A DNA stretch of 64,000 nt from Magallana gigas. Its lineage: Eukaryota. Position 1 is the stretch's first letter, and each line of letters opens with the position of its first letter. A model generated the notes under the pieces. The model had not been told where the DNA came from, ran no database searches, and saw only the letters and a program-made list of their open reading frames with translations. The position numbers and the translations under genes were made by a program. The stretch covers positions 10,168,001-10,232,000 of the forward strand of contig NC_088858.1 of the NCBI RefSeq assembly GCF_963853765.1, in the 5' to 3' direction. Shown piece by piece: positions 1 through 11,999 of the stretch.

Positions 1-186
1 TGAAAACAGCAATAATATTCCATGTATTACTTCGAGCATTCAATGTTTAAACTCAGAAATATACAGAGAAACACTTATTTTCTCTCACACAAAAAATTCA
101 ACAAGAAAATGAATTAAGCCCTCTCGTGTTTCTTTGAAAACGGTAATCGTTCTTCGTGTCAAATCTTTCACCAGAGTTGTCGATGG

Positions 187-239
187 TTATGCAATGACGT
201 GTAAATGCACGTCAACTGATGCAACATTTTCATATAAAA
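187..239 (+). promoter_or_regulatory. Core promoter of Kunitz-PNM gene copy 1 (TATA box plus upstream bZIP-like motifs)
   Basis: TATAAAA at 233-239, then a short non-coding exon ending at donor AG|GTAAAG (292/293) and acceptor CTAG|G just before the ATG at 468. TTATGCAAT at 187-195 and TGATGCAAC at 217-225. The TATA box recurs at 9125, 14052 and 21140 in the other copies. Confidence 0.6.
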
Positions 240-467
240 CGAACAAATCCATCACCGAAGGTCCATCCACTTCAGGCTCTTCAAGATCTAAGGTAAAGTA
301 TTTCGTAGCAAAGGGTCCTTTCTAACTTCCAATTATTTATTTCACATTGCTATTACCTGTCTTATTTCTATTTTTTGATTTCTTATTGTAAAATTATGCA
401 ACAATGGCACATTGCGTTCACTATATGATTGATATCATTTCACTTTGTTTTCCCACTAGGCATAAAG

Positions 468-2533
468 ATGCTGAAGTTCGGTGTACTAGTCCTACTTCCG
501 TTTGTCCTGGGAGGCGGCCCGCATGGATCCGGATACGCCTCAAACAGGGCCAACAATCAGGGAAATAGACCCGGTCCAGCTATCAACATGGGATCGTCTG
601 GAAACAACAGAATGTCAATCACTAACTTTGGCCCGCTTCCAAACAAGCCTAACAGCAATCTAAACTCCATAAATAGAGGAATGCAGCCACCATCATCCAG
701 ATACATTTCCGATGTACCTTACCGTAAGATTATTTTCTTTTTATACTAATAGCCTACAGAAGGAGATTCTACGAATTTTTTGCAATTAATTTTGGCATTG
801 AACCCCCATCCCCCTCCATTTTGTTATAGTAAAAACAATTGCATGTACTTTTTAATTTTGAGAGTTTTTGAACATTGGAATGATAAAATTAACGATACTG
901 TGGTTTCATCAATATTCGCTGAACACCAAATTTGTTTTTTTTTTGGTTTCGTTGTTAAGTTTATCCATGAAATTAAATGTTCATTGAAGTGCAATTTGTA
1001 CTAATAATTTGTATTGATAGGGTCATTTCCACGAATTTACGTATTCTTGAAACTGTGATTTTCATTTTATCCATAAAAATTGATATCTTTGAATATTAGT
1101 GAAACCACAGTATTGGGAATTTGAAAATTTGAAAAAGGTACACGGACAGCAACTGACGTAATCATGCAGCCTTTAATAGGTGATGTTTTAAGTACCTGTT
1201 TAAAAAAAAGTATTAAATTTGATAGTGACATAATTTATACATGTATTTACAACAATTACTATTAAATAACATTATCTCAACCATGATCTGTTTAATCAAT
1301 CTACTGAAAGGCTATTCTTTTCTCATTATGTCTGAACCCATTGTGATATTCAAATGTACATTGTTTAATATGGTTTTTTCCCATGAACATTACAACAAGT
1401 TTCAAAATCATATAAGTTCATATTTCTCGATATGGAAAAGGCTACCAAACCAGTTTCTATCTCGATGTGCAATTGCAAAATAGCTGCTTTGAATTTTAAA
1501 ATGAGCATGTCGTTTTAATTTATTCTTGAAATAAAAGACATCACGGGAAGCACATTATACGACACTATGCAAAGAATATAATTTTGATGAATTAAAACCC
1601 TTGTTATTCATTACAGAGTGCACAATGTACAGTGACGCTGGATACTTCTGTCCCTATAGATACGAGCAACCCAGTACACGGTATTTCTTCAATGTCTACT
1701 CCGGGAGATGTGAGAGTTTCTACTATCTAGGATGTGGAGGAAATCTAAACAACTACGGATCACGTGAAGACTGCCTTAGTTCATGTGCCTGCTTCATATA
1801 CCCAGATCATGGAAACTACTATTGTCCCTATGGTGGTTCCACTCGTTGGTATTTCAATAAATACTCGGGCACCTGCCGATCTTTCTACTACAGTGGATGC
1901 AATGGCGGCAACGACAATAATTTCCAAAGTCAGCTGGAATGCCAATCGACCTGTGCACCACAATCGTCAAGCTATAATTACTACGGACCCATAAACGCCA
2001 TGAACAGTGGAACACAATCATCTGCCAACTCGGTCGGACCAGTTCGGCCTAATTCACCCCAAACCAACTTGCCAAATATTCCAAATGCGCCCATGCCTAA
2101 TATTCCAAATACACCCATGCCAAATCGCCCAAACACACCCATGCCAAATAGCCCAAACGCACCCATGCCAAATATCCGAAATGTACCCATGCCAAATAGC
2201 CCAAACGCACCCCTGCCAAATATCCCAAATGCACCAATGCCCAATAGTCCAAACGCACCCATGCCAAATATCAATATGCCTAATATACCAAATGCGCCTA
2301 TGCCAGAGCCAAACTTCCATGGAGTAAATGGAATTAACATGCACGGATCACTTGGCAATGAAGCTATTACCAACGGCCTCAACAACGGAAATAACGGGGT
2401 CAATATCAACTCTATTGCTCAAATCTGGAAGATGGCAACAAATGCCATGAATGCTGATGCACCACCTAATCGGGTGAATATGAATTACCCTAGTGGACCA
2501 AACCAAATGAAATCTGGATTGACAATGTATTAG
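468..2533 (+). CDS. Secreted double-Kunitz (BPTI-like) protein with Asn/Pro/Met-rich repeat tail, copy 1, intact, 390 aa; exons 468-723 and 1617-2533
   Basis: Signal-like N-terminus MLKFGVLVLLPFVLG; phase-1 intron C|GTAAGA...TTACAG|AG; two six-Cys domains carrying the F-Y-x-G-C-x-G-N-x-N-N Kunitz signature; joined exons give 1173 nt in frame. Confidence 0.9.
2072..2302 (+). repeat. Coding 24-bp (8-aa PNxPNxPM) tandem repeat, ~9 units
   Basis: PNIPNAPM-PNIPNTPM-PNRPNTPM-PNSPNAPM... Homologous tracts at ~10712-10942 and ~23770-24002, and a shorter variant in copy 3. Confidence 0.9.
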
Positions 2534-3485
2534 AGAAATAAAGTAGATTTCAAGAAATAGAAAACAATTGTTTCTCTTCTGACTACCCTTGGCTATGAAA
2601 ACAATAGTATTGCTGTCGGTTCAATGATACACTTAAACGTTTCATTGTTCCTGTTCAGGATATCATTATTTAGTTAATCAATAGGCAAATAAAAAAAAAC
2701 TAAATTAATTTAAAAACGCATATAATCAAATAAAATATGAGACAGTTTATGGTTACATATACAAAATCTAAGTTGAATATGAATTGAAAATTAACGCATA
2801 TTTTTTCAAGAAGAATTCGAAACGATATTTTTTTTTGTGCTGGGTCCTGCTTTTTATTACTATGGAAATCTTTCAGTTCTTGTAGCTTCTGTGGTGGTAT
2901 GTTTACAGATATCTACTGCTTTGTAGCGTCCATTTCGAGATTTCGACAAGATATTAGCGTTTCTATAACTTTTCTAATTCTTTTATACAACTTATCGAAT
3001 CTCGGGGGTATCATATAATAAAACGGCAGATATTTCAATGTAATTTACTTATAAATGCTGTTATTTAAGATTCTTGCATTTGTTTAATCCTATTTATTAA
3101 GACATTTTGCCAATTAACTACGAAATGTTATCACAAAAGTAACTACTTACACCTTTGGTATTCTAACACGCGTGACTTGATGTCCGTACATTCTAATTGC
3201 ATATTACCTGATAAGTAATTATTGCTACATAAATTAAAAACTTACTTTCATTAACAATGCGGTTTGCAAATCAAAAACATGGCGGAAAGTGCACGATGAG
3301 TTTATCATGCATCGCTAGAAGGTACCTTGGATCGGACATCTTTGGTTAAGACCCTAAAACGATCTAAATAAAATGGGTCTATTTGACGCGATTGTTGTTT
3401 TGATGGAAAGAACTTTACAGAACTGGTTTTCAAAAACACAAGTTGACTAATAACGTCATGGTGGAAAGTGCAGGGAGAGTTACAA

Positions 3486-3807
3486 TACCGATCAGACCCA
3501 CGGGTTTACTTTGAGTTTACTTGGGAATTGCTTTAGAGGTCACCTGTAAGCACTGAAGTGTGAAGCAGACCCGTCTTTTATCTTACGATCCTACTCTGCC
3601 TTTAATTCCTGCCCCTTGTATATTCCGAATTCACATGTAGCGACTACTTTCAGGGGTATACTTATGATCGGGGTTTACTCTCTGTGTCCACTCTGGGTTT
3701 ACTTTTGGTTTACTCTAGGTCCACTCTAGTAGACCCGAAGTAAACCCAGAAAGTAAACCAAGAATTTTGTTGGGATTTACTTTCTGTTAGGTTGGGTCTG
3801 ATCGGTA
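3486..3807. mobile_element. MITE with 15-bp terminal inverted repeats, probable TA target (Tc1/mariner-like)
   Basis: TACCGATCAGACCCA at 3486-3500 and its reverse complement TGGGTCTGATCGGTA at 3793-3807; internal GGGTTTACT repeats; non-coding. Confidence 0.7.
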
Positions 3808-4786
3808 CTGTCATCATCGGATAAATACTTTGGATGACAACTTTGATTAAAGATCTGCATATAAATATGCATATACTTTTTAAAATTATATACATTGTTA
3901 AGAGCAGGACAGACTGGTAGTAAACTTTATGCATTATTTTGTGAACCATAAACAAATTGCGTAACATGTAACAACTCAACGACTATATGAATAAATGATG
4001 TATGCATAAATCGGGGAAGTTCAATTAGGGGTGGGGGTATTTGACCGTCTTTTATCTTATTTGGGACCGTCATAAAAATTATAGTAAAATTTGACATTAA
4101 CAACAAAACTTTGAAAATACATAAGACGCACTATACACCCACTCCCTAGTTTGAAATAAATAAAACAAGGTTTTATTTTTTTTTTGCTAGTCACCTGCAA
4201 CCAAAAAAGGCTATGTACATGGATTTGTATTTGTAATTTCAGTGTAGATTTTCACCAAACATTTAAAAAATGTAACATATTGATATGAATTAGTTATAAT
4301 TGATTTTCGCACTTGCGCGGGATATCATTTAGTAAACAAATAAATTTATTATTCTATTAACACACACTCCTTATGAATAAAATCTAAATATATCCTTCAG
4401 CAACAACATTTGGTTGCAACTATTTTTTTGGCATGCTACTGTTTAAAAACCATAGATATTGTAGGAGATATATGATGGGGAAATTTCAAATCAATCTCCG
4501 TCGGTAAAGCTATATATTTTGGAAGATTGCTAATACATGTCAAACGTTATATAAGTTAAATGAATTGCTCTCCTGCAACTCTAGGAGTGGTACAGTGATC
4601 ATTGCCGACTTGTGATAAATATTACATAATAATGTCGACATATTCTACTTTTGTTAATTATTTATGTAAGTAATTTAATTAAACTTGCATTTTAGAAAAT
4701 ATTTTGAAAAAAAAATCTTTAACTGAGCTTAATTTTAATCTAACTAAGAAAAGGTTCAATGATCTTTCACTGGTATGAAATTATGA

Positions 4787-5226
4787 ACCTGTGCACCCCG
4801 ATCATCAGGCTATCGACTACGTTATAACTACGGACCTGTAATCGGTAATACCGCCATAAATGTTGGAGCACAATGAAAGAGCAACTCGGACAAACCAGTT
4901 CGGTCTAATTCACTCTAAACCAACTTGCCAAATATTCCAAATGCACCCATGCCAAATAGCTCAAACCAAATCCATATTGCAACAAAAGGAAATAACCAAA
5001 ACGCACCTATGCCAAACATGCCAGCGAATATTGGCAATAACGTTCCCATTGATCTGACCAAAATATCAAATGGACGTTTGTCAGAGCCCAACTTTCAGGG
5101 AGTAAATGCCAAAATCTGGACAATGGCAACAAATGCGATAAATGCCGATGCAACACATAATTTGGAAGTGAATATAATTTATCCTAGTAGATTAAATCAA
5201 ATGAAATCTAGATTGAAAATGTATAT
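4787..5226 (+). pseudogene. Tail-only relic of the Kunitz-PNM gene (most like copy 3)
   Basis: Begins at ACCTGTGCACC (last Cys of Kunitz domain 2) and runs through degenerate PNAPM/HIATK.../IWTMATNA to ...KMY. No signal exon or Kunitz core upstream; in-frame stops present. Confidence 0.8.
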
Positions 5227-7089
5227 AACAAACCAATTATTCACGATGTTTCCTTTAATTCATTGTTACCTCATGTAAATAAACAATGGGTCTCCATTAC
5301 ATTCGCACCAAACTTTAATCTGTCCCTTTGAAAGAGTTAAACAGTCTTCTTGGAAAAGTCAAGGAAACCCCGCTTTTTGACTTTTCTACACCAGAATACA
5401 GACTCGGATCCTTGGTTATGGATATTGCTTATCATCGGGTTTTTAAGCCTACACAAACAGAAAATACTGCTCATGCACCACGTTATTTTTTTCAAACTGC
5501 AGTTTGCCAACAAGGGAATCGATGCCGTTAATATAAGCTATATTTTTAATTACAAATATAAGATAAGGCAAGTAACAACAACAATGTCTTTGTTTGTAAG
5601 GCACATTACATTAATTGCATTTTCAAAGAACTGGGTTTTGATTCTACACATGGTAATATTACTTACACTCAGAGCAGCCTTTCCAAGCAGGAAATACTTC
5701 AAAACCATTAATCTGTAATGGATCTCTTTAATAACCCAAATACACAAAATGAATTTGATCTACCTTATTTGTATTGGATTCCAAAGCTTCACAAAAGTCC
5801 TTACAAACAGAGATATATAGCAGGTTCCAGTAAATGTTCTACCAAACCTCTCTCTTTACTCCTGACTTAATTCTTACAGTAGTGAATGAGAAACATCAAG
5901 AGTACGGCCCAACAATATACTCAGAAGTGGTGTGAATCAGATGTGGATAAAAAAAACTCTAAAGAATTATTTGAAACTTTGAGGTCACAAAATCTTACCA
6001 AAATCAATAGCATAAAAATTTACGATTTTTCAACGCTTTATACGACCATTCCCCATAAAAAAAATTAAAATCTAGGCTTTTTGATATCATCGACAGTTGT
6101 TTCTTCAATAAAAATGGAAGTCGTAAAAATGCTTACCTTGTCATTGGAAATCTAAAAAATTATTTTGTTAAAAACCATTCTGATTGCAAACACAAGAACT
6201 CTAAAGTTAACATTAAAAAGATGCTTGAGTTTCTGATAGACAACATCTATGAAGTTTTTGGAAATCAAGTCTTCCAACGATCGTTGGAATTCCTATGGGT
6301 ACCAATTGTGCCCCATTGAAGCAGAATTTATTGAAAAACTTGTACGTGAAAAAAAAATTCACTCGTTGTGGCCTTCAACTCAACATTCAGGTATATCGAC
6401 GACGTATTATCAATTAAAATATTGTCATTTCCATTCTTACGTCGACTCGATATATCCCAGTTAACTAGAAATAAAGATACCACAGAGTCTGCGTCATCTG
6501 TTTCATATTTGGATATTTTACTGGACATGGATCTTGATGGTAACAACAAAACTATATGATAAACGCGATGACTTCATTTTCTCTGTAGTCAATTTTCCTT
6601 ACTTATTTAGCATTATACCTTCATCACCTGCATATGGTGTTTTTGTTTCTTAGTTGATTCGATATGCAAGGGCATGCTCTTCGTATGAACAGTTTCTAAG
6701 ACGAAGCAACTACTGTCAAACAAGTTGATGAAACAGGACTATTAACAGTCTCGCTTGAAGTCATCTTTTCGTAAGTTCTATGGTCAATACAACGACCTTG
6801 TCAGCAAATATAATCTTCCACTGGGTCGCATGCTGACTGACGTTTTTCATACTAATTGTTAGACCATAATTAATCACCTAATTGTCTACGGACTTTTCCA
6901 ATTTTTTTTTCCGATTACGACAAAGAGCACACGGCGGGTGTGACCGGTCAGCAGGGGATGCTCACTCCTCCATGGCACCTGATCCTACCTCTATCTATTT
7001 GGAGGTCCCTGTTGCTCTTCTTTGAATTTGTATTTCGTTTTATGGATTTTTGAGATGGTTCACGGTGTGTTATTGTCATTTTTTCATCA
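5227..7089 (+). mobile_element. Degenerate, 5'-truncated Penelope-like retroelement (C-terminal RT, Naiad-type architecture)
   Basis: Frameshifted RT motifs YDFSTLYTTIPH, GIPMGTNCAP, FRYIDDVL, YDKRDDF, SQLIRYARAC, KFYG; upstream FKLQFANKGIDAVN; no endonuclease after the RT. The Kunitz 3' flank resumes after ~7089. Clade assignment is from recalled motifs only. Confidence 0.75.
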
Positions 7090-9367
7090 GAGATATAAAA
7101 CAGTGTCTCCGGAAAAAAAAATTAATTCTTGTTTCTCTTACGACCACTTACGACTGTGAAAAAATAATGTTATTCCCGGTTTCATGATACCAGAAAAGTT
7201 TCACGTTACCTGTTCAGGATATCACTATTTAATCAATTAGTAAGCTAATCAAAAAACAAAAACATCAAGGAAGTCATTAATCGAATAAGTAAAAACAAGG
7301 CAGTATTTTGCTACGTTTATAAATTGTAATCTTAAATAAAATGAAAATGCATAGTATTTTACTTTCAAACTTTTTTCTGCTGGATCTTGCTTTATATTAT
7401 TACGGGAACCTGATATCAGTTTTCAGTTACAATTAACATACAAGTAGCTTCTCTGATGGTACGATAAACATTATAGATTACTAATGCATTGCGGTATTTA
7501 TTCCGAGATTATGACAATATATTAGTTGATCTATGACTTTTCTTTTTTGTTGTAGATCTTATTGTATACAACCTATCTTTAGATAATAAAACGACAGAAT
7601 TCAGTGTAATGATTTCATTTATAGTTATGATGTAAAAAAATCCTGTTCCTCTTCTGGTTGCAGATCTTGCATTCATTCCGTTTGCATTTAAACATTATGA
7701 AAGAATAAACAGTATTCTGTTATTAACACACATTCCTTTTAAATAATATCTAAACATACCAATAAGGAATAACTTTTGACTGCAACCATTTTTGGCATTT
7801 AGCCGTCTTTACAAAACAAAATTTTCATATACATGCCAGTAAAATCTCTATGTTTGTTATAAGATTGGATGTAACTGTTTTATGATTGGAAATTTTCATA
7901 CAATTGCTCTGTTATTTGTTAGAAGATTGCTAATACATGTCAGACGTTCTATTAGTTAAATAAATCACTCTCCCGCATTCCTTGGAGTGGTACATGTCAT
8001 AATTGTCGATTTGTGATAAATATAACCTATGACGACATTGTGTAATTTGTTTAATCATTGAAATAAGTAATTAAATTAAACTTGAATTTTAGAAAATATC
8101 TTGAGAAAAGTCTAATTTTGACTTTTTAATCCATTTTAGAAAAAATTACGTCCACTTGTTTTCCACTTATATGAAATTCATAATAAATAACAAATGATCT
8201 TTTTTTAATTACATGTAAACAAGTTTTTATATTAATAAGAGACATTTGGTATGAAGAATGTGTTTTGCCATGAACAGAATTTTTAATATCATGTTGGTGG
8301 TTTTGTTAGTAAACTTCCTAGTTATCCCGATGGTTTCAAATTGTAAATTCACTTAAAACCAAGGAAAATAATTTTATTTAATTGATCATTTGACGCAATC
8401 AATATCCAGTTCAATACTCTTGATTTCGCGGTCTTTAAGGACATGCGAGGCGTTCCTAAATTTTATATAATGATTCTTGATATATCATTTCTGAATCATT
8501 AACATTTAAATCTGTTTATTCCCAAAATAACAGGGTTCATTACCAGGATAGTTTTGGAGCAATCAACATTTAAAAATTTTCTTAAAATACCACACAAAGT
8601 ACATTTGAATGCTTATAAATAACTTTTTAGTATATCTTGTTCATTGAAAACTTAAAAGAATATCGTAAAAATTAAAATAAGAAATAAACTAAAAATGTAT
8701 ATTTTCACAAAATCGATCTTTTCAAATAGATTTTGTTCCTCATCAGTTCACAGTGGTCCGCTATTAAAAAAGTATGATAACGTAAACAGGTTTTAAACGC
8801 CGCTTTTTCTGTTAAAAGATATTTTATTGCATTGCTGATTCACAGTACCATTATAGAAAAACTAATGTTTGACAAGTAAACATGCCCGATTTCTAATACA
8901 GCGATGATATTCCATGTATTACTTTGGACAATCGTTGTTGAAACATAGAAGGATAAAGACAAATATCTGTTTTCTCTCACACAAAAACCTCAACAAGATA
9001 ATGAATTAACCCTTCTCGTGTTTCTTTGAACACGTAATTTGTTCCTTGTGTTAAATCTTTCACCTGAGTTGTCGATGGTTATGCAATGATGTATAAATTC
9101 ATGTCGACTAATGCAACATTTTGATATAAAAGGAACCATTCCATTATCAAACATCCATCCACTTCAGGCTCTTCAAGATCCAAGGTAAACAATTCCGTAG
9201 TGAAGAGTAAAAATTCTTTCTAACTTCCAATTCTTTATTCTCTGTTGCTATTACATATCTTACATATCATTATATTTTTTACTTCTTGTAAAACTATTGA
9301 GAAATGGCACATTGCGTTTACGATAAGATTGATATTATTTCACTGTGTGTTTCCTCCAGTCATCAAG

Positions 9368-11173
9368 ATGCTGAAGTTCGGTGTACTAGTCCTGCTTCCG
9401 TTTGTCCTGGGAGGCGCCCCGCATGGATCCGGATACGCCTCAAACAGGGCCAACAATCAGGGAAATAGACCCGGTCCAGCTATCAACATGGGATCGTCTG
9501 GAAACAACAGAATGTCAATCACTAACTTTGGCCCGCTTCCGAACAAGCCTAACAACAATCTAAACCCCATAAATAGAGGAATGCAGCCACCATCATCCAG
9601 ATACATTTCCAATGTACCTTACCGTAAGATCATTTTATTTTTATACTAATAGTCTACAGAATTTTTGCACTTAATTTTGGCATTAAACCCCCCCCCCCTA
9701 TTTTGTTATAGTAAAACAATTGCATGTACTTTTTTAATTTTGAGAGTTTTTGAACATTGGAATTATAAAATTAACAATATTTAACTAATTTGAATAAGGT
9801 ACACGGACAGCAATTGACGTATTCATGCAGCCTTTAATAAGTGATGTTTTAAGTATCTGTTTAAAAAAAGTATTAGATTTGATAATGACATACTTTATAC
9901 ATGTATTTACAACAATTACTATTTAATAATATTATCTCAACTATGATCTGTTTAATTAAACTACTGAAAAGCAATTTTTTCCTCAGTATATCTGACCTTA
10001 TTTTGATATTCAAATGTGCATTGTTTAATAAGTTTTTTTCCCATGAACATTTACAACAAGAAAGTTCCAAAATTATATAGGCTGCCAAACAAGTTTCTAT
10101 CTCGATATGGAATTGCCAAATAGCTGCTTTGAATTGTAAAATGAGCATGTCGTTTTACTTTATTCTTGAAATAAAAGAAATAACGGGAAGCACATTATTC
10201 GACACTATTCATAGAATATAATTGTGGTGAATTTAAACTCCTCCTATTCGTTACAGAGTGCACCATGTACAGTGACGCCGGATACTTCTGTCCCTATAGA
10301 TACGAGCAACCCAGTACACGGTATTTCTTCAATGTCTACTCCGGGAGATGTGAGAGTTTCTACTATCTAGGATGTGGAGGGAACCTAAACAACTACGGAT
10401 CACGGGAGGACTGCCTTAGTTCATGTGCCTGCTTCATATACCCTGATCATGGAAATTACTATTGTCCCTATGGTGGTTCCACTCGTTGGTATTTTGATAA
10501 ATACTCGGGCACCTGCCAATCTTTCTACTACAGTGGATGCAATGGCGGCAACGACAATAATTTCCAAAGCCAGCTGGAATGCCAATCGACCTGTGCACCA
10601 CAATCAAATTATGGACCATATTACGGAATTGTAACCACTAATAACGCTATAAATAGTGGAGCGCAATCAAATGCCAACCCGGTTCGGCCTAATTCACCCC
10701 AAACCAACTCGCCAAATATTCCAAATGCGCCTATGCCAAATATTCTAAATGCACCTGTGCCAAATCGCCCAAACCCACCCGTGCCAAACAGCCCAAACGC
10801 ACCCATGCCAAATATCCGAAATGCCCCCATGCTTAATATCCGAAATGCCCCCATGCCAAATATCCCAAATGCACCCATGCCCAATAGTCCAAACGCACCC
10901 ATGCCAAATATCAATGTGCTTAATACACCAAATGCACCTATGCCAGAACCAAACTTCCAGGGAGCAAATGGAATTAACATGCACGGATCACTTGGCAATG
11001 AAGCTATTATCAACGGCCTCAACAACGGAAATAACGGGGTCAGTATCAACTCTATTTCTCAAATCTGGAAGATGGCAACAAATGCCATGAATGCTGATGC
11101 ACCACCTAATGGGGTGAATATGATTTACCCTAGTAGACAAAACCAAAGGAAATCTGGATTGACCATGTATTAG
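9368..11173 (+). CDS. Secreted double-Kunitz PNM-tail protein, copy 2, intact, 390 aa; exons 9368-9623 and 10257-11173
   Basis: Same signal exon, phase-1 intron, two Kunitz domains and repeat tail as copy 1; joined exons give 1173 nt in frame. Confidence 0.9.
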
Positions 11174-11737
11174 AGAAATAAAGTAGTGTTTCACGAAATA
11201 GAAAAAAAATTGTTTCTTTTATAACTACCCTTGGCTATGAAAAAAATAGTATTGCTCTCGGTTTAATGATACACTTAAACGTTTCATGGTTCCTGTTCAG
11301 AATATCACTATTTAGTTAAGCAAATTAAAAAAAAAAACTAAATTAATCTAAAAACGTAAATAATCAAAAAAATATGAGGCAGTATATAGCTACGTTTTAA
11401 AAATGGTAAAAAGTTAAATATGAATTAAAAAGAAATGCATATTTTTTTTAAAGAAGAATTCGAAACGATAATTTTTTGTGCTGGGTCTTGCTTTTTATTA
11501 TTATGGAAATCTTTCAGTTCCTGTAGCTTCTGTGGTTGTACGTTTACAGATATCTCCTGCCTTGTTGCGTCCATTTTGAGATTTCGACAACAAGATAACT
11601 TTTTTATCGATAAAAATCTTATTTTATTCAACTTATCGAATCTCGGGGGTATCAGATAATAAAATAGCAGATATTTCAATGTAATTTATTTATAAATGCT
11701 GTTTTTTAAGTTTCGTGGATTTATTCAATACTATATA

Positions 11738-11999
11738 TACTAGCGGAAAAAAAATAAACTGTGCATTATTTAATGTATGAAAAAACATTTAAAAATAACA
11801 ATGAACAAATTTTATTTTTTGTAATACTGTTAACACATGTACTCGTAAAAACATCTCATAACACATTAATGTCAACGTCGAAAAATGTCAATTTCAGCAC
11901 ATTCGAAAGTCACTGTTATTTGAAATTACTTGTTCATTGTAATTTTTAAATGTTTTTTTCATATATTAAATAATTCACAGTTTCTTTTTTCCGCTAGTA
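11738..11999. mobile_element. MITE with ~60-bp imperfect TIRs, TA-flanked
   Basis: TA-CTAGCGGAAAAAAAATAAACTGTG...CACAGTTTCTTTTTTCCGCTAG-TA; not present at the homologous position downstream of copy 1. Confidence 0.7.

Noticed and set aside
2007-2344. Cys/Gln/His-rich (QIAQTHPC) and Trp-rich (IWHGCVWA) repeat ORFs
   Set aside because: Other frames of the 24-bp coding repeat; only the PNM frame is continuous with the signal peptide, splice phase and Kunitz domains.
5227-6860. Selenocysteine read-through or an active ORF in the Penelope-like element
   Set aside because: The ORF is broken by frameshifts, TAA/TAG stops and a large internal deletion, not just in-frame TGA.
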